Shown: positions 19,598 to 30,181 of the stretch, one piece after another
Position numbering within the stretch: the stretch's first letter is position 1
How the letters are laid out: every line of letters begins with the position of its first letter
DNA from: an uncultured Alphaproteobacteria bacterium
Lineage (GTDB): Bacteria > Pseudomonadota > Alphaproteobacteria > Acetobacterales > Acetobacteraceae
DNA: 64,000 nt
Direction: 5' to 3'
Assembly (NCBI GenBank): GCA_963751795.1
Contig: CAVVVI010000003.1
Span: forward strand, 79,286 to 143,285
Translations under genes and position numbers: made by a program
Notes under the pieces: generated by a model
The model's database searches: none
What the model was told of the DNA's origin: nothing
Seen by the model: the letters and a program-made list of their open reading frames with translations, nothing else

Positions 19598-20296
19598 ATG
19601 ATCCGTCGTTTCTGGCATGTGCTGAAGTATTTCCGCGCCGCGCGCGTTCGTTCGCGGGCCGAACTGGATGCGGCGCTGGCGCGGGCGCCGGGGTATATCG
19701 TGGTGGAGGGGACCGACGCGTTGCGGGCCTATGCGGCGAGCCTGGCGTATCGCGGCGGGCAGGAGGCGGCGGCGTTGGAGGCGGCACCGGTGGAGGTTGC
19801 CGCACCGGCTTACATGGTGGTGCCGACGGTGGGGCGGATCCGCGACGGCTACCGGCAGCGGCCGACGGCGGAGCGGCCCGAGGGCGAGCGGCGGCGGCGG
19901 AGCGGGCGGCGGCGCGACCGGGCGCCCGTGCAGGCAGGGCTCGCGACGGTGGTGGCGGCCGCGGTGGGGCTGCTGGCGCTGCTGGGGGCCGAGTGGCTGC
20001 TATGGCCGAGCACCGACCCCGAGCTGGTGCGTGGACCGCATCATGTGGTGGTGCCGATGCGCCGGGGCGTGGTGGCGGCGTTGCCGACGCAGGCGCCGCC
20101 GCCACCGCCGCTGACGCTGCAGCAGGAGGTGATCCGCGTGGTGATACCGCTGCTGGTGCTGCTGGCGCTGGGTGCGCTGGTGTTTCTGGCCTGGGAGGCG
20201 GTGGGGCCGGGGCGGACGGCGCGGGTGAGCTGGCGGGTGGATTACCGGGTGCCGGGGCGGCTGGTGATGGCGCGGGTGCGCACGCGGGTGGCCTGA
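19598..20296 (+). CDS. hypothetical membrane protein
   Basis: 232-aa ORF with two hydrophobic spans (LATVVAAAVGLLALLGAEWLLW and VVIPLLVLLALGALVFLAW) and an Arg-rich linker. No family recognised. Confidence 0.35.
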   Translation: MIRRFWHVLKYFRAARVRSRAELDAALARAPGYIVVEGTDALRAYAASLAYRGGQEAAALEAAPVEVAAPAYMVVPTVGRIRDGYRQRPTAERPEGERRRRSGRRRDRAPVQAGLATVVAAAVGLLALLGAEWLLWPSTDPELVRGPHHVVVPMRRGVVAALPTQAPPPPPLTLQQEVIRVVIPLLVLLALGALVFLAWEAVGPGRTARVSWRVDYRVPGRLVMARVRTRVA

Positions 20297-20353
20297 GGTG
20301 GGCTTGGCGGCTGGCGTGTTGGTTGGGCCCCGGGGTGAAGCGGCGGCGGGGCT

Positions 20354-20382
20354 CTTGTCGCGTGTTGGCGGATCGCCTACCT
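20354..20382 (+). promoter_or_regulatory. candidate RpoH (sigma-32)-type promoter for grpE
   Basis: CTTG (20354-57), an 18-nt spacer, then CCTACCT (20376-82), compared with the alphaproteobacterial CTTG-N17/18-CYTATNT. The -10 element ends only 7 nt before the ATG, which would imply a near-leaderless mRNA. Confidence 0.25.
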
Positions 20383-20389
20383 GCGGGCC

Positions 20390-20959
20390 ATGAGCGAATC
20401 GTCTGAACACACCGAGACGGCCGGCGCGCAGGCCGGGCCCGATGCCCTGATGAGCGAGGCCGCGCGGCGGATTGCCGAGCTGGAGGCCGAGCGCGACGAC
20501 ATGCGCGATCGCTGGATGCGAGCCGAGGCGGAGGCGCAGAACATCCGTGCGCGCGGCAAGCGCGAGGTGGATGAGACGCGGCAGTTCGCCGTGCAGAAAT
20601 TTGCCAAGGACGTGGTGGAGGCGGCGGAAAATCTGCGGCGCGGGTTGGCCAGCCTGCCGGCGCAGGCGCCCGGCGAGCCGGAGATCGTGACCAAGCTGCG
20701 CGACGGGTTCGAGGGTGTGGAGCGCAGCTTCGTGGCGCTGCTGGAGCGCAACGCCATCGTGGCCGACGATCCGGTGGGCAAGCCGTTCGACGCCAATCTG
20801 CACCAGGCGATGGCCGAGCAGCCGAGTGCCGAGCATGCGCCGGGCACGGTGGTGCAGTCCTGGAGCCGGGCGTGGACATTGAACGGGCGGCTTTTGCGGC
20901 CGGCGATGGTGGTGGTGGCCAAGGGCGACGCTGCCGTGGGTGTGGATACGCAGGCTTAG
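20390..20959 (+). CDS. grpE: nucleotide exchange factor GrpE
   Basis: ELEAERDDMRDRWMRAEAEAQNIRARGKREVDETRQFAVQKFAKDVVEAAENL...LLRPAMVVVAK. Confidence 0.92.
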   Translation: MSESSEHTETAGAQAGPDALMSEAARRIAELEAERDDMRDRWMRAEAEAQNIRARGKREVDETRQFAVQKFAKDVVEAAENLRRGLASLPAQAPGEPEIVTKLRDGFEGVERSFVALLERNAIVADDPVGKPFDANLHQAMAEQPSAEHAPGTVVQSWSRAWTLNGRLLRPAMVVVAKGDAAVGVDTQA

Positions 20960-20990
20960 CCACGCCTTTTTTGCTTTGGTTCGCCGAGAG

Positions 20991-21112
20991 CGAAGGCAAG
21001 GGGCTTTGCCCCTTGACCCCATCAAAGGCGAGCTTTTGAAATCCAAGACTTAGGAATTGGGGGTTTGGGGTTTCAAACCCCAACGGGGTCCAGGGGCAGA
21101 GCCCCTGGCCTT
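20991..21112. repeat. modular GC-rich REP/MITE-like element (family 1, full copy)
   Basis: Three hairpins: CAAGGGGC-ttt-GCCCCTTG, GGGGTTT-c-AAACCCC and CCAGGGGC-aga-GCCCCTGG. It is the reverse complement of the copies at 33130..33249 and 39234..39343. Confidence 0.9.
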
Positions 21113-21120
21113 ATTCGGAA

Positions 21121-21831
21121 TTAACGGAGACCGCGGCTAGGCGCGTCGAAGGTGAGGGCGCTGGTTGGGGTGAGGTCCAGCGGGCGGGTCGGTTCGGGGG
21201 CTTCGGCGACTTCGAGGGCCGCGGCGTGGCGGCGGCGGGCGCGCAGATCGGCTGGCGCCGGGTCGAGCACCGGCATCGGGGCGTGGGTGACGTTGGCGAC
21301 CAGGGTGCCGGCATCGGGGCGCGGGTAGATGAAGCCGTGGGTGGGGTAGATGCTGCCGAAGGCGCCGCCATGGCCGAGCTGGACGCGGACGGCGCTCCAG
21401 TCGTTGTCTTCGGAGACGTCCTTCACCTCGATGTCGCGGGCGATGCCGTTGCTGTTCCAGTGGCTCTGGTCGATGACGATGGTGCGGCTGTCCTGGATGC
21501 CGGAGACGACGGCGACGTGGCCGAGCGGCATGCGGCCGTTGGGGCGGAAGCTGAGGACGCTGCCGGATTCGGGGCGGCTGCCGCGCTGGTAGATGCCGGC
21601 GGCGTTGGACCACCAGTCGCGGGCGTTGCCGGAGATTTCGATGCCGGCATCCTGCTTGGCGAAGGCGACGCACTGGATGACGCGGGCGGGGTTGGCTTCG
21701 TTGGCGTAGCGGGCGGTGTGGCGGGCCCAGCCGTGGTGGCGGTAATGAGCGGCGGCGGGGCTGGCGCCGGCCAGGGCGGTGCCTGCAACCATAGCGATCA
21801 ACAATGTGAGGCTTTTCCCGCCAGCGAACAT
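21121..21831 (-). CDS. CHAP domain-containing protein (cell-wall amidase/peptidase fold), secreted
   Basis: Signal sequence MFAGGKSLTLLIAMVAGTALAGA. CHAP Cys (VIQCVAFAK) and His (PLGHVAVVSG). Confidence 0.75.
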   Translation of the reverse strand: MFAGGKSLTLLIAMVAGTALAGASPAAAHYRHHGWARHTARYANEANPARVIQCVAFAKQDAGIEISGNARDWWSNAAGIYQRGSRPESGSVLSFRPNGRMPLGHVAVVSGIQDSRTIVIDQSHWNSNGIARDIEVKDVSEDNDWSAVRVQLGHGGAFGSIYPTHGFIYPRPDAGTLVANVTHAPMPVLDPAPADLRARRRHAAALEVAEAPEPTRPLDLTPTSALTFDAPSRGLR

Positions 21832-21961
21832 GCAAACTCCGTCATCAGTCACCAAAGGCGGAGAAATCGGTAACAACGCCGGTGCAACCCTGGCAACCGA
21901 TTAGATCACGGCTCAGCGATTTCTGCATGCATTAGGCGGTTTCGGGTTGTGCGTGTGGGCT

Positions 21962-21997
21962 GGTTTTAGGTTTGTTGTCCTAAAACCGCGGTTTTTT
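21962..21997 (+). terminator. intrinsic-terminator-like hairpin with T-run on the plus strand
   Basis: GGTTTTAGG-tttgttgt-CCTAAAACC-gcgg-TTTTTT. Both flanking genes are on the minus strand. Confidence 0.45.
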
Positions 21998-22066
21998 CCG
22001 AAATTGAAACAGTGTGTAATTTTTGTGTGGCGATTGTGCCGGCGCGTGGCGCGGGTGCCACAACGC

Positions 22067-22417
22067 CTATTTGCAGGTGGTGACCATGATTTCGACCAGG
22101 TAGGCCGGGTCGGCCAAGGCGGCCTGGACGGCAACGCGGGCGGGGGCGCAGCCGGCGGGCAGCCAGGCGGCCCAGACCTCGTTGAGGGCGGTGCGGTCGG
22201 CTATATCCTTGAGCCAGATCTGGGCCTGCAGGATGCGGGTGTTGTCGGTGCCGTGCAGCTCGAGCAGCTCGTCGAGCTGGGCGAGCACGTCGCGGGTTTG
22301 GCCGACGATGTCGAGCGAGGTGTCGCGGGCGACCAGGCCCTGGGTGAAGACGAAGCCGTGATATTCGACGGCGCGGGCGAGGATGGCGCTGGGCTCGGTG
22401 CGGATGATGCGGCTCAT
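22067..22417 (-). CDS. RidA/YjgF family protein
   Basis: MSRIIRTEPSAILARAVEYHGFVFTQGLVARD...ARVAVQAALADPAYLVEIMVTTCK. Start set to ATG 22417. Confidence 0.8.
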   Translation of the reverse strand: MSRIIRTEPSAILARAVEYHGFVFTQGLVARDTSLDIVGQTRDVLAQLDELLELHGTDNTRILQAQIWLKDIADRTALNEVWAAWLPAGCAPARVAVQAALADPAYLVEIMVTTCK

Positions 22418-22440
22418 GGCTGGGTTCCTGGGCTGGGGGT

Positions 22441-22845
22441 TTAGGGGGTGTTGCCGACGCCGTGGGCCGGCGAGGCGGCGGGTGCGGTGGTGGCGGGCGG
22501 GGCCGTCTCGCTGGCGCCCTGGTGGCGGACGCAATCGTCCACGCGTGTTTGATGGCTGTACTCGTCGGCCAGGCCGTCGGACGGGGTGGTGGGTTGGCCG
22601 CTGCCGGAGAACGGCGTGTCGCGGGTGTCGCGTTCGGAGATCTGGTAGCGGTTCTGGGCCGCGTAGACGCGGTCGGCTTCCGAGCGGCAGCCTTGCAGGG
22701 TTTCGCGTTCGGCCGGCGATTGCGGGCCGGGGAAGCTGCAGGCGGCGAGCGCCAGGGCGGCCAGGGAGGCGGCCGCGGCGGGGGCGAGACGGCGGGGGCG
22801 GCGCCGGATGGGGGCGGCCGGGCGGGTGCGAGGCGGGTTGATCAT
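22441..22845 (-). CDS. hypothetical lipoprotein
   Basis: Lipobox LALAACS. ATGA overlap with the upstream gene. Confidence 0.5.
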   Translation of the reverse strand: MINPPRTRPAAPIRRRPRRLAPAAAASLAALALAACSFPGPQSPAERETLQGCRSEADRVYAAQNRYQISERDTRDTPFSGSGQPTTPSDGLADEYSHQTRVDDCVRHQGASETAPPATTAPAASPAHGVGNTP

Positions 22846-23330
22846 GGCGATGGGGCTCCTGGGGGGGTGGCCTGCAGGCGGGCGCGGAACCCTGCCTCGT
22901 CGAAGCGTGCGTCATCGTTCAGGCGGGCTTCGGCCGCAAGCCTGAGCAGCGCGGGCGAGAGGGCGGCGTGGCGGGTGCGGCCGACCAGGCCGGCGGCCCA
23001 GGGGGCGCGGGCCAGCAGGTCGATCAGGGCCAGCAGGCGCAGGCAGGTGGACAGGCCGGTGCGGGTGTGCAGGCCCATCGCGTGGTCCACGGCGCCGGCC
23101 CAGCACTGGGCGTCGGCATCGCGCAAGGCGAGGCAGGTGCTGCCGCCATCGGGCGCGCGGAAGCGGAAGGCGCGCGCCGTGCTCCAGCTGGCCGATTGGG
23201 CGGCGTGGCGGGCGGCATCCCAGGCGGCGGCGAGATCGCGGCTGCGGACGGGGGGCAGTTCGCCGGGGAGGTGGGCCACGAGATAGGTGAGGGTACCATC
23301 GGGCGCGGTGGCCACTTCAATCGGAGGCAT
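22842..23330 (-). CDS. hypothetical protein
   Basis: 162-aa ORF translationally coupled to the lipoprotein gene. No family recognised. Confidence 0.45.
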   Translation of the reverse strand: MPPIEVATAPDGTLTYLVAHLPGELPPVRSRDLAAAWDAARHAAQSASWSTARAFRFRAPDGGSTCLALRDADAQCWAGAVDHAMGLHTRTGLSTCLRLLALIDLLARAPWAAGLVGRTRHAALSPALLRLAAEARLNDDARFDEAGFRARLQATPPGAPSP

Positions 23331-23619
23331 CAGGGGCGGGGTGGGAAGCGTGCATGGGTTGGCCTGGGTGTGCGTGCGGGGATGTGGTTGTGCGGGGGGT
23401 GGGTTGTGAGGGTGGGTGGGCGATGCGGCGTGCCGGGGCCGCCGCGGGCGCGCGGGTGGCCGCCGCCGTGCGGGCCGGGCGTTCTGGCCGGGTCAGCGGG
23501 CGGGGGCGGGTGGGGGTGGGGCGTCGTAGCCGGCGTGCAGGGTGGCGGCTGTGGTGCGGGATTGTTGAACGCGAGGGTGGGGCGTGCGTTGCGGGGAGTG
23601 GACATCAAGGAGAGCGTGC

Positions 23620-24006
23620 ATGGACAAGACCGTGGCTGGCCTGCTGGGCGCCGTGGGAGCGCTGGCGGGGATGGCGCCGGGGGCGCAGGCGGCGCCGCTG
23701 GATTATGCGGCGGCGTTGCAGGCTTCGTCCTACGCCGACCTGCTCAAGCCCATTCCGAATGCCGCGGCTTTGTGGCGCGCTTCGGCGCAGGTCGATCCGG
23801 GGAGCGTGCCGGAGGCGGCCCCTGAGGGTGGGGTGCAGGAGGTGCAGTACCATGACCACCACCACCATCATCATCACCAGTATCACCGCTACCATCGCCG
23901 GCACCGGCACGTGGTGGTGGTAGCGCCCGAGGGCGGGCCGTATGCCCATCACCACCACCATCATCACCACCATGCCGCCGTAGTGGTGGTGCCGCCGCAG
24001 CAATAG
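23620..24006 (+). CDS. secreted histidine-rich protein
   Basis: RBS AAGGAGAG is followed by ATG 23620. Signal peptide MDKTVAGLLGAVGALAGMAPGAQA. C-terminal half contains YHDHHHHHHHQYHRYHRRHRH and AHHHHHHHHHAA. Confidence 0.6.
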   Translation: MDKTVAGLLGAVGALAGMAPGAQAAPLDYAAALQASSYADLLKPIPNAAALWRASAQVDPGSVPEAAPEGGVQEVQYHDHHHHHHHQYHRYHRRHRHVVVVAPEGGPYAHHHHHHHHHAAVVVVPPQQ

Positions 24007-24046
24007 TGGCGGGGGGTGCGGCCCGGCTTGGGTGCCGGGCTGCGCC

Positions 24047-24766
24047 TCAGGTGTTTTTCGCGGATTTGGCGGCGCCGAAGATGCGCCGGTAGGTGCCGTC
24101 GAAGACGGTGTTGGTGGACGACGTCCATTGCGTGTCGGCCGAGAGGGTGTTGCGGCTGGCGTAGATGCGGCGCGATTGCAGCTCGCGTTCGGCGGCTTCG
24201 TCCTCAGTCATGGCGGCGAGCTCGATCTTGTCGTCGGGCAGGACGGTGGTGACGAGCATGAAGGGGGCGCCGGGGCGGAAGATGTGCGTCTGGCCTTCGA
24301 GCGGCGATTTGAAGACGACGAAGAACACCATCGGCCACCAGGCGCGGATGATGGCCGGGACGGCGATGGGCACGGTGCCGGTAGGGTCGGTGTAGAAGCT
24401 GGGGTGGGTTTCGACCTTGATGGCGTGCGGGTCGTCCACTTTCATGTCGATGAGTATTTGATAGGTGTAGTATTCGCGGCCGAAGCTGCGGAAGGGTGGC
24501 AGCTGTGCGCCGGGGACGAGCGGTTCGTCGAAGACGCCTTCGAAGACGAGCGCGCCCTGGCGGGTGCTGACGTGCAGTTCGTGATCGTAGGGGAAGCAGA
24601 GTTCGAGGCCGTTGCGGGCGGCTTCGGAGAACGGGATGCAGTGCCAGGGGTATTCGTGCGAGCCGTTGGCCCGCGGGTCGGGTTGGCCGGCCCAGCCGGG
24701 GACGCTGAGCTGGGTGCGGCGGGGGTGCAGGTTGGGGTGGACGGCGCGGTATTTGACGGTTGGCAT
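24047..24766 (-). CDS. conserved hypothetical protein
   Basis: 239-aa ORF with ordinary composition (MPTVKYRAVHPNLHPRRTQLSVPGW...WHCIPFSEAARNGLEL...). No family that I can name with confidence. Confidence 0.6.
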   Translation of the reverse strand: MPTVKYRAVHPNLHPRRTQLSVPGWAGQPDPRANGSHEYPWHCIPFSEAARNGLELCFPYDHELHVSTRQGALVFEGVFDEPLVPGAQLPPFRSFGREYYTYQILIDMKVDDPHAIKVETHPSFYTDPTGTVPIAVPAIIRAWWPMVFFVVFKSPLEGQTHIFRPGAPFMLVTTVLPDDKIELAAMTEDEAAERELQSRRIYASRNTLSADTQWTSSTNTVFDGTYRRIFGAAKSAKNT

Positions 24767-24975
24767 GGTGGGTTGGTGGGGTTTTCGGGGCGGTTAGGCA
24801 AGTGGTGGTTGCAGGAAAGGGAAAAGCCGGTCCGGCTGCAAGCAACTTAAGTGTTGGTGACACTGGGCGATTTTTGCAAAACTATGCGACCAACATGACC
24901 GGGTCACTCGGGCATACGAACATAGACCCATGAATGTTGGACTAATGCGCTTAGTAGTATCTTCACGCACTTGGC

Positions 24976-26040
24976 CTAGCAATGTTTCTTTAAAAGAAAA
25001 AGAAATTCGCGACATGGCTCCTGAGCGTCGCGCAACCATTCATTGGTCGACGTCATGCCGGCCATAACATTCTTTTTATAATCGATCTCAATGACATGAT
25101 TTAGCTCCCCGGTCTCCTTCAAAACTTCATTCAGCTCTGCTGCAGTTGCCCTGCCGCCAGAGCTATAGGAAAGGATTATGTGTTTAGATGGAGTATGCCT
25201 TAGTAGACCGTGGATGGCTTCGACAGCCAAGTAACGGCCAGTGTCGCCTTTACGAAATTCTTCGAACCGAGACCCGGCGATTGTATCTCGGCTGTCCTTC
25301 CGTCGACTTACCTTACCAAAAACCTCAGGTCGATCGTTAAGGCAAATCGTCGTCCAGAGGTGGTAGTAAGCTGAATATCGGACCCGCGAAGGCGGCATTT
25401 TCTCGTTGTTAGACCCGTAGGGTGGGTCGTAATAGGTCAGCTCAGCCTGACACTCAGAAGCAGCGTCGAGGACATCGAGCCGCTGTACGTGGTGAGCGGC
25501 CTCACTTTCGATTATTTCGGGCACCTTCAAAACCATCTCCTTAAAAGAGCGAGGTGACCAGTCCCGAAGGTAGGAAGAAAAATGGCCTAGGGTATTGTCG
25601 ACTTGGTCGAGCGCCAAAATCAAGCTGGTGATCGCAACAGACTTTGTAACCGGATCAAGGGCGAGTTTGTCTACCTCCTCGCGAATAGCATCCAACTTTC
25701 TGGTATTATGCAACTGCCACGGAAACTTAACAGTATCGCCCTCGGCACGAACAATGTTTGGATCGCCACCATAAAGGGCACTGAACCAACCTTCAGCAGG
25801 TTTGCACGCGTTCAGATGCTTTATTAGATTGTAATAGTTGGACTTCTTCCCTCCTTGCAAATAGCATCGGCCCAACACCTCTGACCACGCTGCCTGGTCA
25901 TTCGACACAACCTCATAATTAGAGCGTGCAAACGCTTGAGATACGCGCGTCGAACCGGAAAATCCGTCAAAAACACGTCGAGCGCCAGTCTGCTTTGCAA
26001 GCCAGAGGATTTGCCGCGTTGAAGTGCATTTGCCGCAGCG
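24976..26040 (-). CDS. alpha-class (D12-like) N6-adenine DNA methyltransferase; start codon unresolved
   Basis: Motif I VFDGFSGS (25951..25974) and motif IV YYDPPYGS about 180 aa later, plus ILSYSSGG. The frame is open from 26040, but the first start-type codon is GTG 25908, downstream of motif I. Confidence 0.7.
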   Translation of the reverse strand, partial: RCGKCTSTRQILWLAKQTGARRVFDGFSGSTRVSQAFARSNYEVVSNDQAAWSEVLGRCYLQGGKKSNYYNLIKHLNACKPAEGWFSALYGGDPNIVRAEGDTVKFPWQLHNTRKLDAIREEVDKLALDPVTKSVAITSLILALDQVDNTLGHFSSYLRDWSPRSFKEMVLKVPEIIESEAAHHVQRLDVLDAASECQAELTYYDPPYGSNNEKMPPSRVRYSAYYHLWTTICLNDRPEVFGKVSRRKDSRDTIAGSRFEEFRKGDTGRYLAVEAIHGLLRHTPSKHIILSYSSGGRATAAELNEVLKETGELNHVIEIDYKKNVMAGMTSTNEWLRDAQEPCREFLFLLKKHC

Positions 26041-26675
26041 TCACCGTATCTGACCTCGCAAATGTAGTCGCCGCTTCGGTCGTAAAATCGAAACACAGGA
26101 TGCTTGCGCCCGTAACCCTCTGCAGATCTCTCGATTCTAGTCGTTTGGCTCCGAGCAATTTCGTAGTCGAACACAAGAATGTTACATTTTTGCTTTTTCT
26201 CGTCATAAATGAGCGGAAGAACGTTGATCTCTGAAAAAGCTTTGAATGCCGGGTCTGCGAAGATTTTACTTATGACGGCAGGGCCTTCTATAACCTCCGC
26301 GTTCTCTCGCAAAAGGCGAGGATACATTAAGCTGTTCTTGTCGGTGGATAGCTGTAATGGGCCGTCCCCATACGCTTTGAGGCTTACAGGAAATTTTTCG
26401 TTTGTGAGCTCGTTAGTGATCGTGATGTCTTCTTCCTGTGACTTCGCCCTGTATAAATCTTTGCCGACATGCAAGGACCGAAAGTCATACATATACTGGT
26501 TAATAAATTCAGCAATCGCAATCTCCGCGAGGTCGCCGTGGGTTTTGTTCCCGATCAGCCGCATTGTAAAAATGTTGCTTAGTGTGGTGTTCATCAAGCC
26601 GGGGTGCTTCGTGATAAACAGCTTCAGGCGTGTGGTGAAATCCTTGTATGGCGTTCGAGGTGCTGAAGAAGGCAT
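25824..26675 (-). CDS. putative cognate restriction endonuclease (family not recognised)
   Basis: 283-aa AT-rich ORF immediately 5' of the MTase. D...E-x-K-like segments (GDLAEIAIAEF, PVSLKAYG, GDYICEVRYG). The last ~70 codons overlap the MTase frame and look non-native. Confidence 0.35.
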   Translation of the reverse strand: MPSSAPRTPYKDFTTRLKLFITKHPGLMNTTLSNIFTMRLIGNKTHGDLAEIAIAEFINQYMYDFRSLHVGKDLYRAKSQEEDITITNELTNEKFPVSLKAYGDGPLQLSTDKNSLMYPRLLRENAEVIEGPAVISKIFADPAFKAFSEINVLPLIYDEKKQKCNILVFDYEIARSQTTRIERSAEGYGRKHPVFRFYDRSGDYICEVRYGDAAANALQRGKSSGLQSRLALDVFLTDFPVRRAYLKRLHALIMRLCRMTRQRGQRCWADAICKEGRSPTITI

Positions 26676-27033
26676 TCCGCATCTCTTTTATTAAGCTAAT
26701 CGCGTCCGCCGTGTGAACGCCTAGGGCCCTATGCCGTATTGGCTGAAGGTGCTGCCGATCTTCACAATGTCCAATGTCAATTGTAAAGGCCGGGTTTGGT
26801 GGAAGTCTAGGTACGGTTGTTGCCACTTGCAGGGTTGACTGAGGTGACCTTCACCGGCAGCGGGTCGGTGTCGATTTGCTCCGATCACCAAGCCTCTCTG
26901 TACCTCGACCGGTCAATGACGATCCCTCGCGCATGGCCGCGACTTGCGGCCAGGCAACACGGTTCACTTTGATGAGGGAGCGTGCCCCGAAACGCTGGCG
27001 ACGTTGATGACCGGATTGTCATTGTAAAATCAA

Positions 27034-29735
<2,702 letters not shown>

Positions 29736-29746
29736 GGCGGCGGGCC

Positions 29747-30112
29747 TTAATTGACCACGACGCGCACGCGCATGTCCGGCGAGATGGTGCAGCGCAGGCG
29801 GTAGGAGCCGGCGTTGGGGAAGTTGAGGCGGATGACCTTGCCGGGTTTCTGCAGGCCGACATCCTGCGGGTCGCCGTCGTCGTCCACCAGTTTGAGGTTG
29901 TGGTCGCCGGCATCGGCGTTGGAGACGACGAGGGCGTCGCCTGCTTTAAGCGTGACGGTGTCGCGATCGAATTTCTGGTTGGCTTCGGTAATGGCGACGT
30001 CGGCCGCGGTGGCGGGGGTGGCGAGGGCGGCCAGGACGATGACGGCAGCGGCGAGGTTATGGGCGTGGGGCGCATAAGGAGGGGCTCCGGTGGGTGCACG
30101 TGTTGGGTGCAA
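29747..30112 (-). CDS. cupredoxin-like domain protein (secreted)
   Basis: Signal-like sequence [37 protein letters not shown]...[19 protein letters not shown]. Has the cupredoxin fold pattern but no His after the Cys. Confidence 0.6.
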   Translation of the reverse strand: MHPTRAPTGAPPYAPHAHNLAAAVIVLAALATPATAADVAITEANQKFDRDTVTLKAGDALVVSNADAGDHNLKLVDDDGDPQDVGLQKPGKVIRLNFPNAGSYRLRCTISPDMRVRVVVN

Positions 30113-30181
30113 TGTGCCGGAGCGGGGTTAAGGATGGGTGGATTGGGGGGCTTGGGCCCCCGATCCAATGCGGGTTGGCGG

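Noticed and set aside
19479-21083. 534-aa minus-strand ORF across the grpE region
   Set aside because: Antisense to grpE and the 19598 ORF. Pro/Arg/Ala junk.
26955-27015. Short-chain dehydrogenase fragment (minus strand: NDNPVINVASVSGHAPSSK*)
   Set aside because: Only ~19 residues with a loose resemblance to the SDR active-site strand. Too short to call.
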